This document shows positions 26,472 to 36,405 of a stretch of DNA of 64,000 nt, one piece after another. Under the pieces are notes generated by a model, which searched no databases, was not told the origin of the DNA, and worked only from the letters and a program-made list of their open reading frames with translations. Origin of the DNA: Chloroflexota bacterium (GTDB lineage Bacteria; Chloroflexota; UBA11872; VXNJ01); the NCBI GenBank assembly GCA_965261345.1, contig OZ253449.1, positions 1,760,001-1,824,000 on the forward strand, in the 5' to 3' direction. Numbering within the stretch: the stretch's first letter is position 1; every line of letters starts with the position of its first letter. Position numbers and translations under genes: made by a program.

Positions 26472-27224
26472 TCAACCGGCTGCGAAATCTGCCACCAGTT
26501 CATCGGAGAGCTCAAGGTTTGACTCGACCTTGCCAACGTCCTCAAGGTCCTCTAGGGCGTCGATGAGGCGGAGAACGGCGCTGGCGGCCCGATCGTCGAC
26601 GAGGATCGGATTGGTGGCCACGCGGACGATCTCAGCTTCTGTGATATCCAATCCGGAGGCGACCAATTCGGTGCGCACGCTGGCCAGATCGGCCGGTTGG
26701 GTCAGTACCAGGATGCTGCCATCATTCCGTTCAACATCCTCGGCCCCGGCTTCGACCGCATCGGCAAATACCTGATCGAAATCCAGCCCCTGATCGTCCA
26801 ACAGGATCTGCCCGCGGTTCTCAAAAAGCCAGGCAACCGATGCTGTGTCGGCCATCCGTCCGCCGCCCGATTCCAACGCGTTGCGGATTTGCGCAACCGA
26901 ACGGTTGCGGTTGTCGGTAATAACGTCGATTAGCAACGCTACCCCTCCTTGGGCATACCCAGCGTAGGTGATCTCCTCCATATTGGCGGCCTCGCCGCCG
27001 CCCGCTCCGCGAACGATCGCCCGCTCGATGTTGGCGTTGGGCATGTTTATGGATTTGGCCCGCTGAACCACCATCGCCAACCGGTTATTGCCGTCTATTG
27101 ACTCGCCGCCGGTGCGGGCCGCGATCATTATTTCGCGGGCCAATTTTGAAAACAGCTGGCCGCGTTTGGCGTCATTGGCGCCCTTTTTGCGCTTGATCGT
27201 CGACCATTTAGAGTGCCCAGACAT
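26472..27224 (-). CDS. yebC: YebC/PmpR family protein
   Basis: MSGHSKWSTIKRKKG..DAKRG, TDNRNR, LEDLEDV; yebC-ruvC-ruvA-ruvB order. Confidence 0.96.
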   Translation of the reverse strand: MSGHSKWSTIKRKKGANDAKRGQLFSKLAREIMIAARTGGESIDGNNRLAMVVQRAKSINMPNANIERAIVRGAGGGEAANMEEITYAGYAQGGVALLIDVITDNRNRSVAQIRNALESGGGRMADTASVAWLFENRGQILLDDQGLDFDQVFADAVEAGAEDVERNDGSILVLTQPADLASVRTELVASGLDITEAEIVRVATNPILVDDRAASAVLRLIDALEDLEDVGKVESNLELSDELVADFAAG

Positions 27225-27331
27225 AACTGCCAATTGCTCCCGAAGCTAAAAAGTCGACATCCCTAATGCAAGTTTATGGCGGCCGCCAGTTGGCACAATT
27301 GGTCGATCGAAAAACGCGGAGGTAATGCGAA

Positions 27332-27871
27332 TTGAATGAATCGACGTTGCCGCTGCTGATCATCCTGCCGTCGGGCGCGCTGCTGGTGTACACCTTCGCC
27401 ACCTTGGCCAATCCGTTCGCCGCCCAGCGGCGCGGCGACCAGGTCTTCTACGTCCGATTGGGTTTCATGCAGCGGATACTGGTTCTGCGCTGGTACGTGC
27501 TGGCAATTTTGGCCATCAACAGCGTCGCCGCCCTGCCCGGCCTGGAAGCCCTCAATTCCAACCAATACGGCATCTATTCGTTCGTCATTCTGCTCGGAAC
27601 GATCCTGGTTCTGATGCTGCCGATGCGCTACGTATTTTTCAAGGAAGGGATGGCAATCGGCGCCGGCCGCCTGCGCCACTGGGCCGAATTTGAGTCCTAC
27701 AAATACACCTCCGCCGGGGCCAAACTCAATCCCGCGGCGGGCAAACGCGGCCAGATGCTCTACCTGAGCGATGTGCAGCGCCGCGCGCTGCATCCAACCC
27801 TGGAGCGATTCCTGGGTGACGGAAGAGGAGCGATCGCTCCTCGCACCCGCCAGCGCCGAACCCCTAATTAA
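27332..27871 (+). CDS. hypothetical 3-TM membrane protein with a C-terminal PH-like beta domain
   Basis: SD GGAGGT before TTG, three hydrophobic segments, then EG.....W..FESY. Confidence 0.65.
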   Translation: MNESTLPLLIILPSGALLVYTFATLANPFAAQRRGDQVFYVRLGFMQRILVLRWYVLAILAINSVAALPGLEALNSNQYGIYSFVILLGTILVLMLPMRYVFFKEGMAIGAGRLRHWAEFESYKYTSAGAKLNPAAGKRGQMLYLSDVQRRALHPTLERFLGDGRGAIAPRTRQRRTPN

Positions 27872-29478
27872 TGCGCCCGGCCGGCGCCCGATCCCTCGTC
27901 GATCTGCGAACAAATCGAGTGGGCTAGGCTGCGCATTCGTTCGACCGCCTGCGAGGTTACCTGGTCCGGATCGTAGCGGGCGCGCGTGAATTGATCGGCG
28001 GCGCTCTGGACCAGAGTGGTTTCGATTCCCAGTTGCGATACCAGGCGGGCGCCAAATTCGCGCGCGGTTTGATCTCCCAAACGGGTCAGATCGGCCCGTT
28101 CGGCGTGGGCGATTACCTGGTTGAAGGCCTGCCACAGCAGGTCCAGGTTGCTCTGCGGACGCCGCTGGCGGGTTGAGGTTCTGGTCTGATTGCGGGCGGC
28201 CAGCGAGGCGGTTGCCGCACGGGCCGCGGCCCGGCCCAGCACAAATGGCGCCAATGCCAATCCGGCCAGCAGCCGCCACAGGAACGCCAGCAACCGTGAA
28301 AGCAATTGGCGGTAGCGCGAATCCTTGCCCGGCCGGCCACTGGCAAACGAGCGCCGGTAGAGCCAAAAGAGCGCGGCCATCAGCAACACCGCGGCGAATA
28401 TGCCCTGAAGATAGACCAGCGTGATCGAGTCGATGCTCTGGCCAAACATCTGCATTTCGCCGCCCGCACTCTCGGATACGAGGGCATCGTCGACCCCGCT
28501 AAAGAGGAGTCCGAATAAGTAACTCCCCAGCGCCAGTGCCAGGAAGACCGGCAGCGTGACCAATTGCCAGATCAGCACCACGCCCTTGAGCAGGTAGCCA
28601 CCGAAGTACTCCATATTGGGAATTAGAAACACCGGCAGGAAGCTGGCCAGCAGCAGGCCCAGGCCGATGACCAGAGCGCTGGTGCGCAGCCAGACCGAAG
28701 CAATCGAATCCGAGACTTGGGTACCGGCTTCAGACCAGGTGGACAGATTGCGGGTGTATGAGACGTAGCTGAGGGTAATGAACATGAGCAGGTAGTAGGA
28801 GAAAAGCGCCGGAAGCTGCAGAAACGCTGGCACCAGCTGGGTATCCTTTCCGCCGATCGCCGCTGGCAACAGGATCAGTCCGGCGGCGATGATCGCGAGC
28901 ATGACCGCCGCCGCCAGTGCCGCGATCCGGATGTTATCGACCGCCTTGCCCCGATCAATCGTGAGCGCGCGCGCAGCCTGCCAGACATAGAACGCCGCGG
29001 TATCGCGGGGCGGCGGCTGCGAGTTTTCACGATAGCAGAGCGAATTAATTGAGGCGGCCATGCTGGCTGCGATCGCCCAGCTGGCCGAGAGCAACCCCAA
29101 TAACAACAGCGACTCGATTGAAAAGACCAGCCCCCCGAGGGCGCCCAGGATGGCCAGCGGATCGGTTCCGATGTCGAACCCGACGAAGGCGCCCGAAAGG
29201 ATTCGGATCACGGCCAACGTCGGCAGGGTGAAGGCCACCCAATCGCGCCAGGTAATCGGAGTCCTCACATCGCGATCGGCAATCGCGGTCATGTGCAGGC
29301 GCAGGCCGAATAGCGCGGTGGTGGCGATCGCCAGGGTCCAGGCAAAGACCGGCTGCCCGGTCAGCTGCCACGTTAAGAACGCGAAATTGAGCATGAAAAT
29401 GGCCGCCAACCCGGTCAGCAGGCCTGTCAGTATGTAGCGTTCAAGATGCCGGTCGGAGCCGGCGACCCCAGTTTGCAT
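27868..29478 (-). CDS. DUF4129-type multi-pass membrane protein
   Basis: About 10-12 TM segments and C-terminal R...QTAREF...F..ARY; follows MoxR-DUF58. Confidence 0.8.
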   Translation of the reverse strand: MQTGVAGSDRHLERYILTGLLTGLAAIFMLNFAFLTWQLTGQPVFAWTLAIATTALFGLRLHMTAIADRDVRTPITWRDWVAFTLPTLAVIRILSGAFVGFDIGTDPLAILGALGGLVFSIESLLLLGLLSASWAIAASMAASINSLCYRENSQPPPRDTAAFYVWQAARALTIDRGKAVDNIRIAALAAAVMLAIIAAGLILLPAAIGGKDTQLVPAFLQLPALFSYYLLMFITLSYVSYTRNLSTWSEAGTQVSDSIASVWLRTSALVIGLGLLLASFLPVFLIPNMEYFGGYLLKGVVLIWQLVTLPVFLALALGSYLFGLLFSGVDDALVSESAGGEMQMFGQSIDSITLVYLQGIFAAVLLMAALFWLYRRSFASGRPGKDSRYRQLLSRLLAFLWRLLAGLALAPFVLGRAAARAATASLAARNQTRTSTRQRRPQSNLDLLWQAFNQVIAHAERADLTRLGDQTAREFGARLVSQLGIETTLVQSAADQFTRARYDPDQVTSQAVERMRSLAHSICSQIDEGSGAGRAH

Positions 29479-30676
29479 AGTCCTCCCGGTCGGTGGCCGC
29501 GTAGGCGGTCAATTGAATCTGTTCGGCCCGGGCAACCGCGTCCCGGCAGTTCTCGGGGTCGGAATATATCACCACCACTTTGTGGCCCGATCGTTGCATT
29601 CTTTTCAGCATCGGCAGGTGGTCGGTGCGGCCGCCGGAGAAGAGCACGATGGTGGAGCCAAAGGTCAGTCTTGATATCTGCGCCCGCACCTGTTCGGCAA
29701 GGTCTCCGCGGGGCAGCATTGCCGATCGCGCCAGGACCTCGAGGACGAGCATGAGATGGCGTCGCCCCTGGCCGACCGGCGTCCCGGGATTGGCCAATTT
29801 GCGGCTGCGCATGGCGCGTTGGGCCTGCGGCCGCGAGAGCAGTTCGTTGCGATCTAGGCCGTTGACGATTAGGCCGACCGATTGGCGTTGCCCGATCAGG
29901 GCGTTGGCAAATGAAGCCGCGCCGGTGATTGAAAGCTCGCTGGCGTACTGCGCCCAGCTGGCCGAGTAGTCGTTCGGATTCAGGTCAACCACCAGCAACA
30001 CCTCGTGGCGGACGGCCGGTTGCAGTTGGCGCACCAGCAGCTGCCCGCGCGCCGCTGAGGCCTTCCAGTTGATCAGCCGCGGACTGTCACTGGAGGTGTA
30101 TTCGCGAACTCCGGCCACCCGCGTCGGATCCTCATAGAGCCGGATTGGAGAGCGCTGGGTACCCAGCGGCGAGGACGATGGCAATGCCAGCTCGGAAATT
30201 GGGATGATCCGCGGAAATACGTATTTGCGCTGTCCGGCCCTGACCTGACGCTGCTGGCGGTAGATGCCGAACACATCGCCGAAGGCAATGTCGAGTGGTC
30301 CCAGCAGATAGACGCCGCGCTGGCCGGCGGTGAGCTCGTAGGTGTAGGTTCGTTTGGATCGCGGCGGGAGGGCGATTGCGATGTTGAGCGGGTCGCGATG
30401 GCCCAGCTCGATCGGCAGCTGCTCCTGCAGATTCATCCAGGGAATCGGCACCCAGTTGCGGTTTTCGACCATCAGCTCGACGGTGGATTTTTCGCCCAGA
30501 AACGAGCGCTTTTGAAAAGTACGGGTCACCCCGATGCCGGCGCCGGCCAGTCGGATCCAGAGCAGATTGGCCGCGTACAACCCGATGAACAGATAGGCGA
30601 GCAGGAAGAACGCCGAGAGCCGCGAGGCCAGCGCCACCACCACCAAGGCGAGCGCCACCGTCGCGGCGGCGGCCAT
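29441..30676 (-). CDS. DUF58 domain protein (MoxR partner)
   Basis: RG.Y.LGP....GD.FG, V.PRI, GVREY...DS.R.INWKASAARGQL.VR. Confidence 0.9.
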   Translation of the reverse strand: MAAAATVALALVVVALASRLSAFFLLAYLFIGLYAANLLWIRLAGAGIGVTRTFQKRSFLGEKSTVELMVENRNWVPIPWMNLQEQLPIELGHRDPLNIAIALPPRSKRTYTYELTAGQRGVYLLGPLDIAFGDVFGIYRQQRQVRAGQRKYVFPRIIPISELALPSSSPLGTQRSPIRLYEDPTRVAGVREYTSSDSPRLINWKASAARGQLLVRQLQPAVRHEVLLVVDLNPNDYSASWAQYASELSITGAASFANALIGQRQSVGLIVNGLDRNELLSRPQAQRAMRSRKLANPGTPVGQGRRHLMLVLEVLARSAMLPRGDLAEQVRAQISRLTFGSTIVLFSGGRTDHLPMLKRMQRSGHKVVVIYSDPENCRDAVARAEQIQLTAYAATDREDYANWGRRLRPAS

Positions 30677-31635
30677 TATTCGGCGGCCATTGGCGCCAGA
30701 TCCACCGGTGCTGAGCCAAGCACCTGTTCGACCACATGACTGGCGGTCGTTCCGCGCACTATCGAATCGGGTTGCAGCAGAAGGCGGTGGGTGAGGATGT
30801 AGGGCGCGACCGCCTTCACATCGTCGGGGGCTACGAAGGATTCGCCGGCCAGAGCGGCTTGCGCCTGGCTGGCCTGGAATAGTGCCAGCGCCGCTCGAGT
30901 GCTGGCGCCGATCGCGACGGCGGGATGGTTGCGCAGCCGGGTTACCAGTTCGACGATGTAGACGGCCACCGATTGCTCGACATGGACCTCTCCGACCTGT
31001 CCCTGAAGAGCTAGTAGCTGATCGATTTCGGCCACTGGCGCCAGCGATTCGATCGGATGGCCTTGGCGTTGCCCGTAGAGGATTTCCACCTCTTCGGACT
31101 GGCTTGGATAGCCCAGGGCGGTGCGCATGAAGAATCGGTCGAGCTGCGCCTCGGGCAGCGGAAACGTGCCCTCGTATTCAACCGGATTCTGGGTCGCCAG
31201 CACCATGAACGGGTCGGGCAGGCGGCGGGTCTCCCCTTCGATCGAGATCTGGCCCTCGCCCATGCACTCGAGCATTGCCGCCTGGGTTCGGGGGGTGGCG
31301 CGGTTGACCTCGTCGGCCAACAGGATGTTGGTGAACACCGGTCCCGGACGGTAGTCGAAGCGCAGGCTGGCCGAATCAAAAACCGCCACGCCGGTTATGT
31401 CGTTGGGCAAAAGGTCGGGGGTAAATTGAATCCTTCTGAAGTCGCCGCCAAGGGATATCGCCAGCGCCCTGGCGAACATCGTCTTGCCGGTTCCGGGTAC
31501 GTCCTCTAGCAGTACGTGCCCGCGGCAGAGGAGCGCGATAAGTACTCTTTCAATCTCAGCCCTCTTGCCGATGATTACCTTGGCAACGTTGTCGCTAACA
31601 AGCTGCGTGAATTGCTGAAAATCTTGCGGATTCAA
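30676..31635 (-). CDS. MoxR family AAA+ ATPase
   Basis: [60 protein letters not shown]. Confidence 0.96.
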   Translation of the reverse strand: MNPQDFQQFTQLVSDNVAKVIIGKRAEIERVLIALLCRGHVLLEDVPGTGKTMFARALAISLGGDFRRIQFTPDLLPNDITGVAVFDSASLRFDYRPGPVFTNILLADEVNRATPRTQAAMLECMGEGQISIEGETRRLPDPFMVLATQNPVEYEGTFPLPEAQLDRFFMRTALGYPSQSEEVEILYGQRQGHPIESLAPVAEIDQLLALQGQVGEVHVEQSVAVYIVELVTRLRNHPAVAIGASTRAALALFQASQAQAALAGESFVAPDDVKAVAPYILTHRLLLQPDSIVRGTTASHVVEQVLGSAPVDLAPMAAE

Positions 31636-31707
31636 AAGTGACTCATTCGGTTGCGCTCATCCCGGGCCGAAAAAGGTTCAACAAATGCCCTCCCGGACGC
31701 CCCGACG

Positions 31708-33264
31708 TTGACTGACAACCAGGCGTCTTCGTCGGCCGAGCGCCAACTCGAATGCGATCTTCTGATCGTCGGAACGGGTCTGGCGGGCCTGGTTACGGCA
31801 CTGGCGGCGGCACCGCATCTGCGAGTCCTCATTATCACCAAGTCGAGCGCCGACGAATCCAATACCTATTACGCCCAGGGCGGGATCGCCGCTGCGATCG
31901 GAGTCGATGATTCGCCCGAGCAGCACTACCGCGACACCATCAACGTCGGGGCTGAAATCTCCAACCGCTCGGCGGTCCGGGCATTGGTCGACAGCGCCCG
32001 CGCGGCGATCGCCGACCTGGTCAATCACGGGGTTGCCTTCGACACCCAGGGTCAGGAGCTGGCACGTGGCCTGGAGGCGGCCCATTCGGTCCCGCGAATA
32101 CTCCATTCGGGCGGGGCGGCCACCGGATTGGCGATCTCGACCGCGTTGCTGGCGGCGGCTCGCGCCGGTGGAATCGAGATAGTCGAATACGCGCAGATGC
32201 TCGATCTACTGTTGACCGACGGACAGTGCTCCGGCGCTCGGGTTCTGCTGACCACCACGGGCGAGCAGCTCCGCTGCCGGGCCCCGGTGACGGTGCTGGC
32301 CACCGGCGGGGCCGGACAGTTGTATTCACGCACCTCCAATCCGGAAGTTGCCACCGGCGACGGCGTAGCCGCGGCCCTACGTGCCGGGACGACCGTCACC
32401 AATCTGGAATTTATGCAATTTCATCCAACCGCCCTGGCAATCGCCGGACGCCCGGCGCACCTTCTCTCGGAAGCCCTACGCGGGCGGGGTGCCCAAATCA
32501 TCGACCGGTTGGGGCAACACTTCTTGCAGGATGCCGATCCACGCGGCGAGTTGGCGCCGCGCGACATCGTGGCCCGGGCCATCGCCCATCGCCTGGCCCG
32601 GCTCGGAGCCGGCTCGGTGCTGCTCGATGCGTCCAAGCTTGCCGGCGACCCGCCCTCACGACAGTTCCCGCTGCTTTGGCGATCGGTTAACGAATTCGGG
32701 ATCGACATCGACCGCGAACCGGTTCCGGTGGCCCCGGTGGCTCACTACTTGATCGGCGGGATTCGCACCGACGACTTTGGGCGTACCAGCCTGCCGGGCC
32801 TGTACGCCGCCGGTGAGTCGGCCTCAACCGGCGCCCACGGGGCCAACCGGTTGGCCTCAAACTCGTTGCTCGAGGCGGTGGTTTTTGCCCGTCGGGTGGC
32901 CGACCAGGTTATCAACGATGCCGATTGGCAGGATCGGCAGGTTACCGGCGCGCGCGCGGTTGCCGTGGGGAGCAGCCCAATCCCGATCGATCGATCGGCG
33001 CTCCAGAAGGTAATGTGGAATGATGTCGGGATATTTCGCAGCGGAAACGGGCTCCTAAATGCCTTCGATCGACTCTCGGCCATGGCGGCAACCCCTCCGA
33101 CCTCCACTCCCGACGGATGCGAGGACGCCAATTTGGCTCTGGTGGGCATGATGATGGCCCGGGCCGCCCTGGACCGGACCGAAAGCAGAGGGACCCACTA
33201 TCGCCGCGATTACCCCGCCACTGATCGCGGGCAGGCGATTGCCAACTCCTGGCGACTCGGATGA
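31708..33264 (+). CDS. nadB: L-aspartate oxidase
   Basis: GTGLAG, SNTYYAQGGIAA, EAAHS..RI.H, QFHPT, SEALRG.G, ELAPRDIV, HGANRLASNSLLE, ESRG.H.R. Start is TTG 31708 or 31651. Confidence 0.95.
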   Translation: MTDNQASSSAERQLECDLLIVGTGLAGLVTALAAAPHLRVLIITKSSADESNTYYAQGGIAAAIGVDDSPEQHYRDTINVGAEISNRSAVRALVDSARAAIADLVNHGVAFDTQGQELARGLEAAHSVPRILHSGGAATGLAISTALLAAARAGGIEIVEYAQMLDLLLTDGQCSGARVLLTTTGEQLRCRAPVTVLATGGAGQLYSRTSNPEVATGDGVAAALRAGTTVTNLEFMQFHPTALAIAGRPAHLLSEALRGRGAQIIDRLGQHFLQDADPRGELAPRDIVARAIAHRLARLGAGSVLLDASKLAGDPPSRQFPLLWRSVNEFGIDIDREPVPVAPVAHYLIGGIRTDDFGRTSLPGLYAAGESASTGAHGANRLASNSLLEAVVFARRVADQVINDADWQDRQVTGARAVAVGSSPIPIDRSALQKVMWNDVGIFRSGNGLLNAFDRLSAMAATPPTSTPDGCEDANLALVGMMMARAALDRTESRGTHYRRDYPATDRGQAIANSWRLG

Positions 33265-34175
33265 ACGGCGTGCATGCTTTCGGGGCGGCGAGCATGGGAG
33301 GGCCGGCCGATGCCGTTAGGTCCTGCGGGCTTGACCCGGATGAGACCTTGCCGTTCCTGCGGCAGATCCTAAGCGAAGATGTTGGCGGCGGCGACATTAC
33401 CTCCAACGCCGTGATACCGTCCGCCGCCAGCGGGGAATTTGCGGTCGTGGCCAAATCCCAGGGAACCCTGGCCGGCGTCCCGCTGGCGGCGGCGATTTTC
33501 TGGATCCAGGACCGGCGGTTGGAGATTGAACTGCCGATCGCCGACGGCGCCTCGGTCAAAAGCGGGGATATCCTGCTGACAGTGGCTGGTTCGGTGCGCT
33601 CGATCCTGGCGGCCGAACGGGTGGCGCTCAACCTGCTGGGCCGGCTTTCAGGGATCGCCAGCCTCACCGCCCGCTTCGTGGCTCAGGTCGCCGCCAGCCG
33701 GGCCCGGGTGCTCGATACGCGGAAGACCGGGTTGGGCACGCGGATGCTTGACAAGTACGCGGTGCGCTGCGGCGGTGGGACCAATCATCGGATCGGGCTC
33801 TTCGACGCGGTCCTGGTAAAGGACAACCACATTGCCGCATCCGGTTCGATCGCCGCCGCAGTGGCCCGCCTGCGGGCGGGCGGGCGGGAAGCTAAGAGCA
33901 TTGAGGTGGAGTGCGACACGATCGACCAGGTCGCCCAATGCCTGGAGTTGGGGGTTGGCCGGATCCTGCTCGACAACATGGACACTGGTCAGATGGCGAC
34001 GGCGGTCAGGATGAACCGGCGACGGTCCGAGCTGGAGGCATCCGGCAGAATCAACCTGCAGACCGCGGCGGCGGTTGCCGCCAGCGGCGTGGACTACCTA
34101 TCGGTGGGAGCGATCACCCACTCGGCGCCGGCTCTTGACGTGGGCTTGAACGCCCTTCCAGGGCCAGCATCCTGA
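33261..34175 (+). CDS. nadC: quinolinate phosphoribosyltransferase
   Basis: ED...GD.TS, ERVALN, DTRKT, KYAV..GGG.NHR.GL.D...KDNH, EVE, LLDNM, EASG. Confidence 0.96.
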   Translation: MNGVHAFGAASMGGPADAVRSCGLDPDETLPFLRQILSEDVGGGDITSNAVIPSAASGEFAVVAKSQGTLAGVPLAAAIFWIQDRRLEIELPIADGASVKSGDILLTVAGSVRSILAAERVALNLLGRLSGIASLTARFVAQVAASRARVLDTRKTGLGTRMLDKYAVRCGGGTNHRIGLFDAVLVKDNHIAASGSIAAAVARLRAGGREAKSIEVECDTIDQVAQCLELGVGRILLDNMDTGQMATAVRMNRRRSELEASGRINLQTAAAVAASGVDYLSVGAITHSAPALDVGLNALPGPAS

Positions 34176-34659
34176 CCTTGAGCTGCGACCCCAGCCGGTA
34201 TCCGCCAATCCCACCGCCGGCTGGCAACACGCGGTGGCAGGGCACCAGCGGCGGGGCGGGATTGGCCCCCACGGCGTTGCCGACCGCCCGAGCGTAACCG
34301 CGCGGCAGACCCAGCGCCGCGGCCAGCTGCGAATAGCTGACGGTTGTACCGGGTCCGACCTTTAGCAGCTCCGCCCAGACCCGTTTCTGAAAATCGGTCC
34401 CCAGCAGGTCGAATTCGAGCGGGAGGGGCGCCCGGCCGTCCAGGAATCGACCGATCGCGGAAAGCCCGCGGGCGGCTTGGGCCGGGCAGTCGGCCCGACC
34501 GACCAGCGCCGCGGCAAGGCGGTCGATGATCGGTTGCGGCTCCCGCTGGGCGAATTCGATGGCGGTGATTCCGCCCGCGCTGGCGGCGACGCCACACCAC
34601 CCCCAATCGGGCCAGTGGTTGATCGCAACCCCTGAAGGTAGATCCGAACTGGGCATCAA
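34114..34659 (-). CDS. ogt: methylated-DNA--protein-cysteine methyltransferase
   Basis: GTDFQ..VW, SY.QLA, RAVG.A.GANP, PCHRV active site, GGY. Confidence 0.92.
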   Translation of the reverse strand: MMPSSDLPSGVAINHWPDWGWCGVAASAGGITAIEFAQREPQPIIDRLAAALVGRADCPAQAARGLSAIGRFLDGRAPLPLEFDLLGTDFQKRVWAELLKVGPGTTVSYSQLAAALGLPRGYARAVGNAVGANPAPPLVPCHRVLPAGGGIGGYRLGSQLKVRMLALEGRSSPRQEPAPSG

Positions 34660-34691
34660 AACCTCTGCCCCGGCGGCGGAGCGGTCGATCT

Positions 34692-35633
34692 TTAGGCCGC
34701 CGTAGCTCCGGGAACCGGGACCGAATCGAGGATGTCGCCCACGGTGGCACGGGTGTCCAGGTTGCGGATGCGGGCCGCCGGCGACACGATCAAGCGGTGC
34801 GCCAATACCGCCGCCGCCAGGTATTTGACATCGTCGGGAATCACGTAGTCGCGGCCCCGGAAGTCGGCTAAAGTCTGTGAACCGCGGAACAGCGCCAACA
34901 CCGCGCGGGTGCTGCCGCCCAAATACAGGTCGGGATGCGAACGGGTGCTGCGAACGACATCGACCAAGTATTCGCGCACACGCTGATCGACGTAGACATC
35001 GCGGATCGCCGTCTGCGCGGCTTGCAGCTCATCCGCGGTTACAACCTGGCCGATCTCTTCGATCGGACTGCGGTGCAACTGCGACTCGATGATGTCCAGT
35101 TCGGCCTGGCGGTCGGCGTAGCCCAGGGTGATGCGCATGAAAAAACGGTCAAGCTGTGACTCGGGCAGCGGGAAGGTGCCTTCGTATTCGATCGGGTTTT
35201 CGGTCGCCATTACCAAAAAGGGATTGGGCAATTTATAGGACGTTCCGTCGACGGTGACCTGACGTTCGTCCATCGCCTCGAGCAGCGCCGCCTGGGTCTT
35301 GGGGGTCGCTCGATTGACCTCGTCGGCGAGCACGATCTGGGCGTGGATTGGCCCTGGTCGGAATTCGAATTCCTGGTTTTTCTGATTGAATATCGAGACG
35401 CCGGATATATCCGATGGGAGCATGTCAGGGGTAAATTGCACCCGCGAAAAGGTGCTCCCGATGGACTGGGCGAAGGCTTTTGCCAATGTCGTTTTCCCGA
35501 CCCCGGGTACGTCTTCAATCAGGACGTGACCTTGGCTGATTAATGCCACCAAGACAAGTTCAACCTCGGCTTTCTTGCCCAAAATCACCTTTTCGACGTT
35601 GGCGATCACGCGACCGGCGATGTCAGACTGCAA
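34692..35633 (-). CDS. MoxR family AAA+ ATPase (second paralogue)
   Basis: [56 protein letters not shown]. Confidence 0.96.
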   Translation of the reverse strand: MQSDIAGRVIANVEKVILGKKAEVELVLVALISQGHVLIEDVPGVGKTTLAKAFAQSIGSTFSRVQFTPDMLPSDISGVSIFNQKNQEFEFRPGPIHAQIVLADEVNRATPKTQAALLEAMDERQVTVDGTSYKLPNPFLVMATENPIEYEGTFPLPESQLDRFFMRITLGYADRQAELDIIESQLHRSPIEEIGQVVTADELQAAQTAIRDVYVDQRVREYLVDVVRSTRSHPDLYLGGSTRAVLALFRGSQTLADFRGRDYVIPDDVKYLAAAVLAHRLIVSPAARIRNLDTRATVGDILDSVPVPGATAA

Positions 35634-35671
35634 GCTCTTTAGCCGTTTCCATTTGTAGTCGGGGCCGCGCG

Positions 35672-35677
35672 ATTCTA
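35672..35677 (-). promoter_or_regulatory. putative -10 box TAGAAT for the moxR-ogt unit
   Basis: CCTAGAAT on the minus strand about 40 nt upstream of the start. Confidence 0.5.
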
Positions 35678-35747
35678 GGGGCCGCTGGCCCGCGGGACGC
35701 CGGCCAAGTTCCCTCGATCGGGAATTTAGCCACTCGCTGCGCGACGC

Positions 35748-36380
35748 TCAAGCGGTTGCCGGCGGATCGAATTCTTCCAGCGCGCGGCGGCAATGGGCGC
35801 GATAGCTGGTAAATCGCGAACCGGGTTCGAACGGTGGTTCGTCGGCCTCGACGGCGCTCAACCCATCCTCGCCGGCCAAGAGTAGGACCCTCGCCTTTAG
35901 CAGCGCGTAGGCTGATTCCGGATGTTTTTCTCGCAGGTAGGCAAACACCGAGCCGGCGGTCCGCTCAAACCGGGCGACTACGCCGGGGTCGCGAACGAAC
36001 ATTTCGATCTGCCTAAGCGGGCGGCGCCAACCCTTGCCCATGCGGAAGTCGAGCTGGTCGAGAACGATTCCGGATTCGCCCAGGATCGCACGCAGCTTGA
36101 AGGCCAATTCGTCAAGGGTAAGTGCTTCGACGTCGGTCTGTCGGGCGCGGGCTTCCTCGGCGAGGGCAACCCAGTCGACCTGTACGTCCGGATAGAGCGA
36201 GGCGAACTCTTCACTCAGCTGAGGGGTAATCGTTGGATCGGCGCCCAGGTAGGCCAGGTGGCGGGGTGCCCCCGATGGGCTCGCGGGGTCGTCGGCGATG
36301 ATCCAGGCCACCCGAATCGATTTTTCATAACCGTTGGGCAGGGTCCGCTGCTCGCGGTACCAGACGATTCGCGCCCGCAT
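35748..36380 (-). CDS. hypothetical protein immediately downstream of infC
   Basis: Natural-looking soluble ORF. Start is ATG 36380 after GAGG, or ATG 36434 overlapping infC. Confidence 0.7.
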   Translation of the reverse strand: MRARIVWYREQRTLPNGYEKSIRVAWIIADDPASPSGAPRHLAYLGADPTITPQLSEEFASLYPDVQVDWVALAEEARARQTDVEALTLDELAFKLRAILGESGIVLDQLDFRMGKGWRRPLRQIEMFVRDPGVVARFERTAGSVFAYLREKHPESAYALLKARVLLLAGEDGLSAVEADEPPFEPGSRFTSYRAHCRRALEEFDPPATA

Positions 36381-36405
36381 CTTGCGCCTCAATTCCGCCG
36401 ATCGG

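Noticed and set aside
34114-34175. 62-nt convergent overlap of nadC and ogt as an antisense system
   Set aside because: Only non-conserved C-terminal tails overlap; similar tail overlaps occur elsewhere in this compact genome (e.g. 968-1009).
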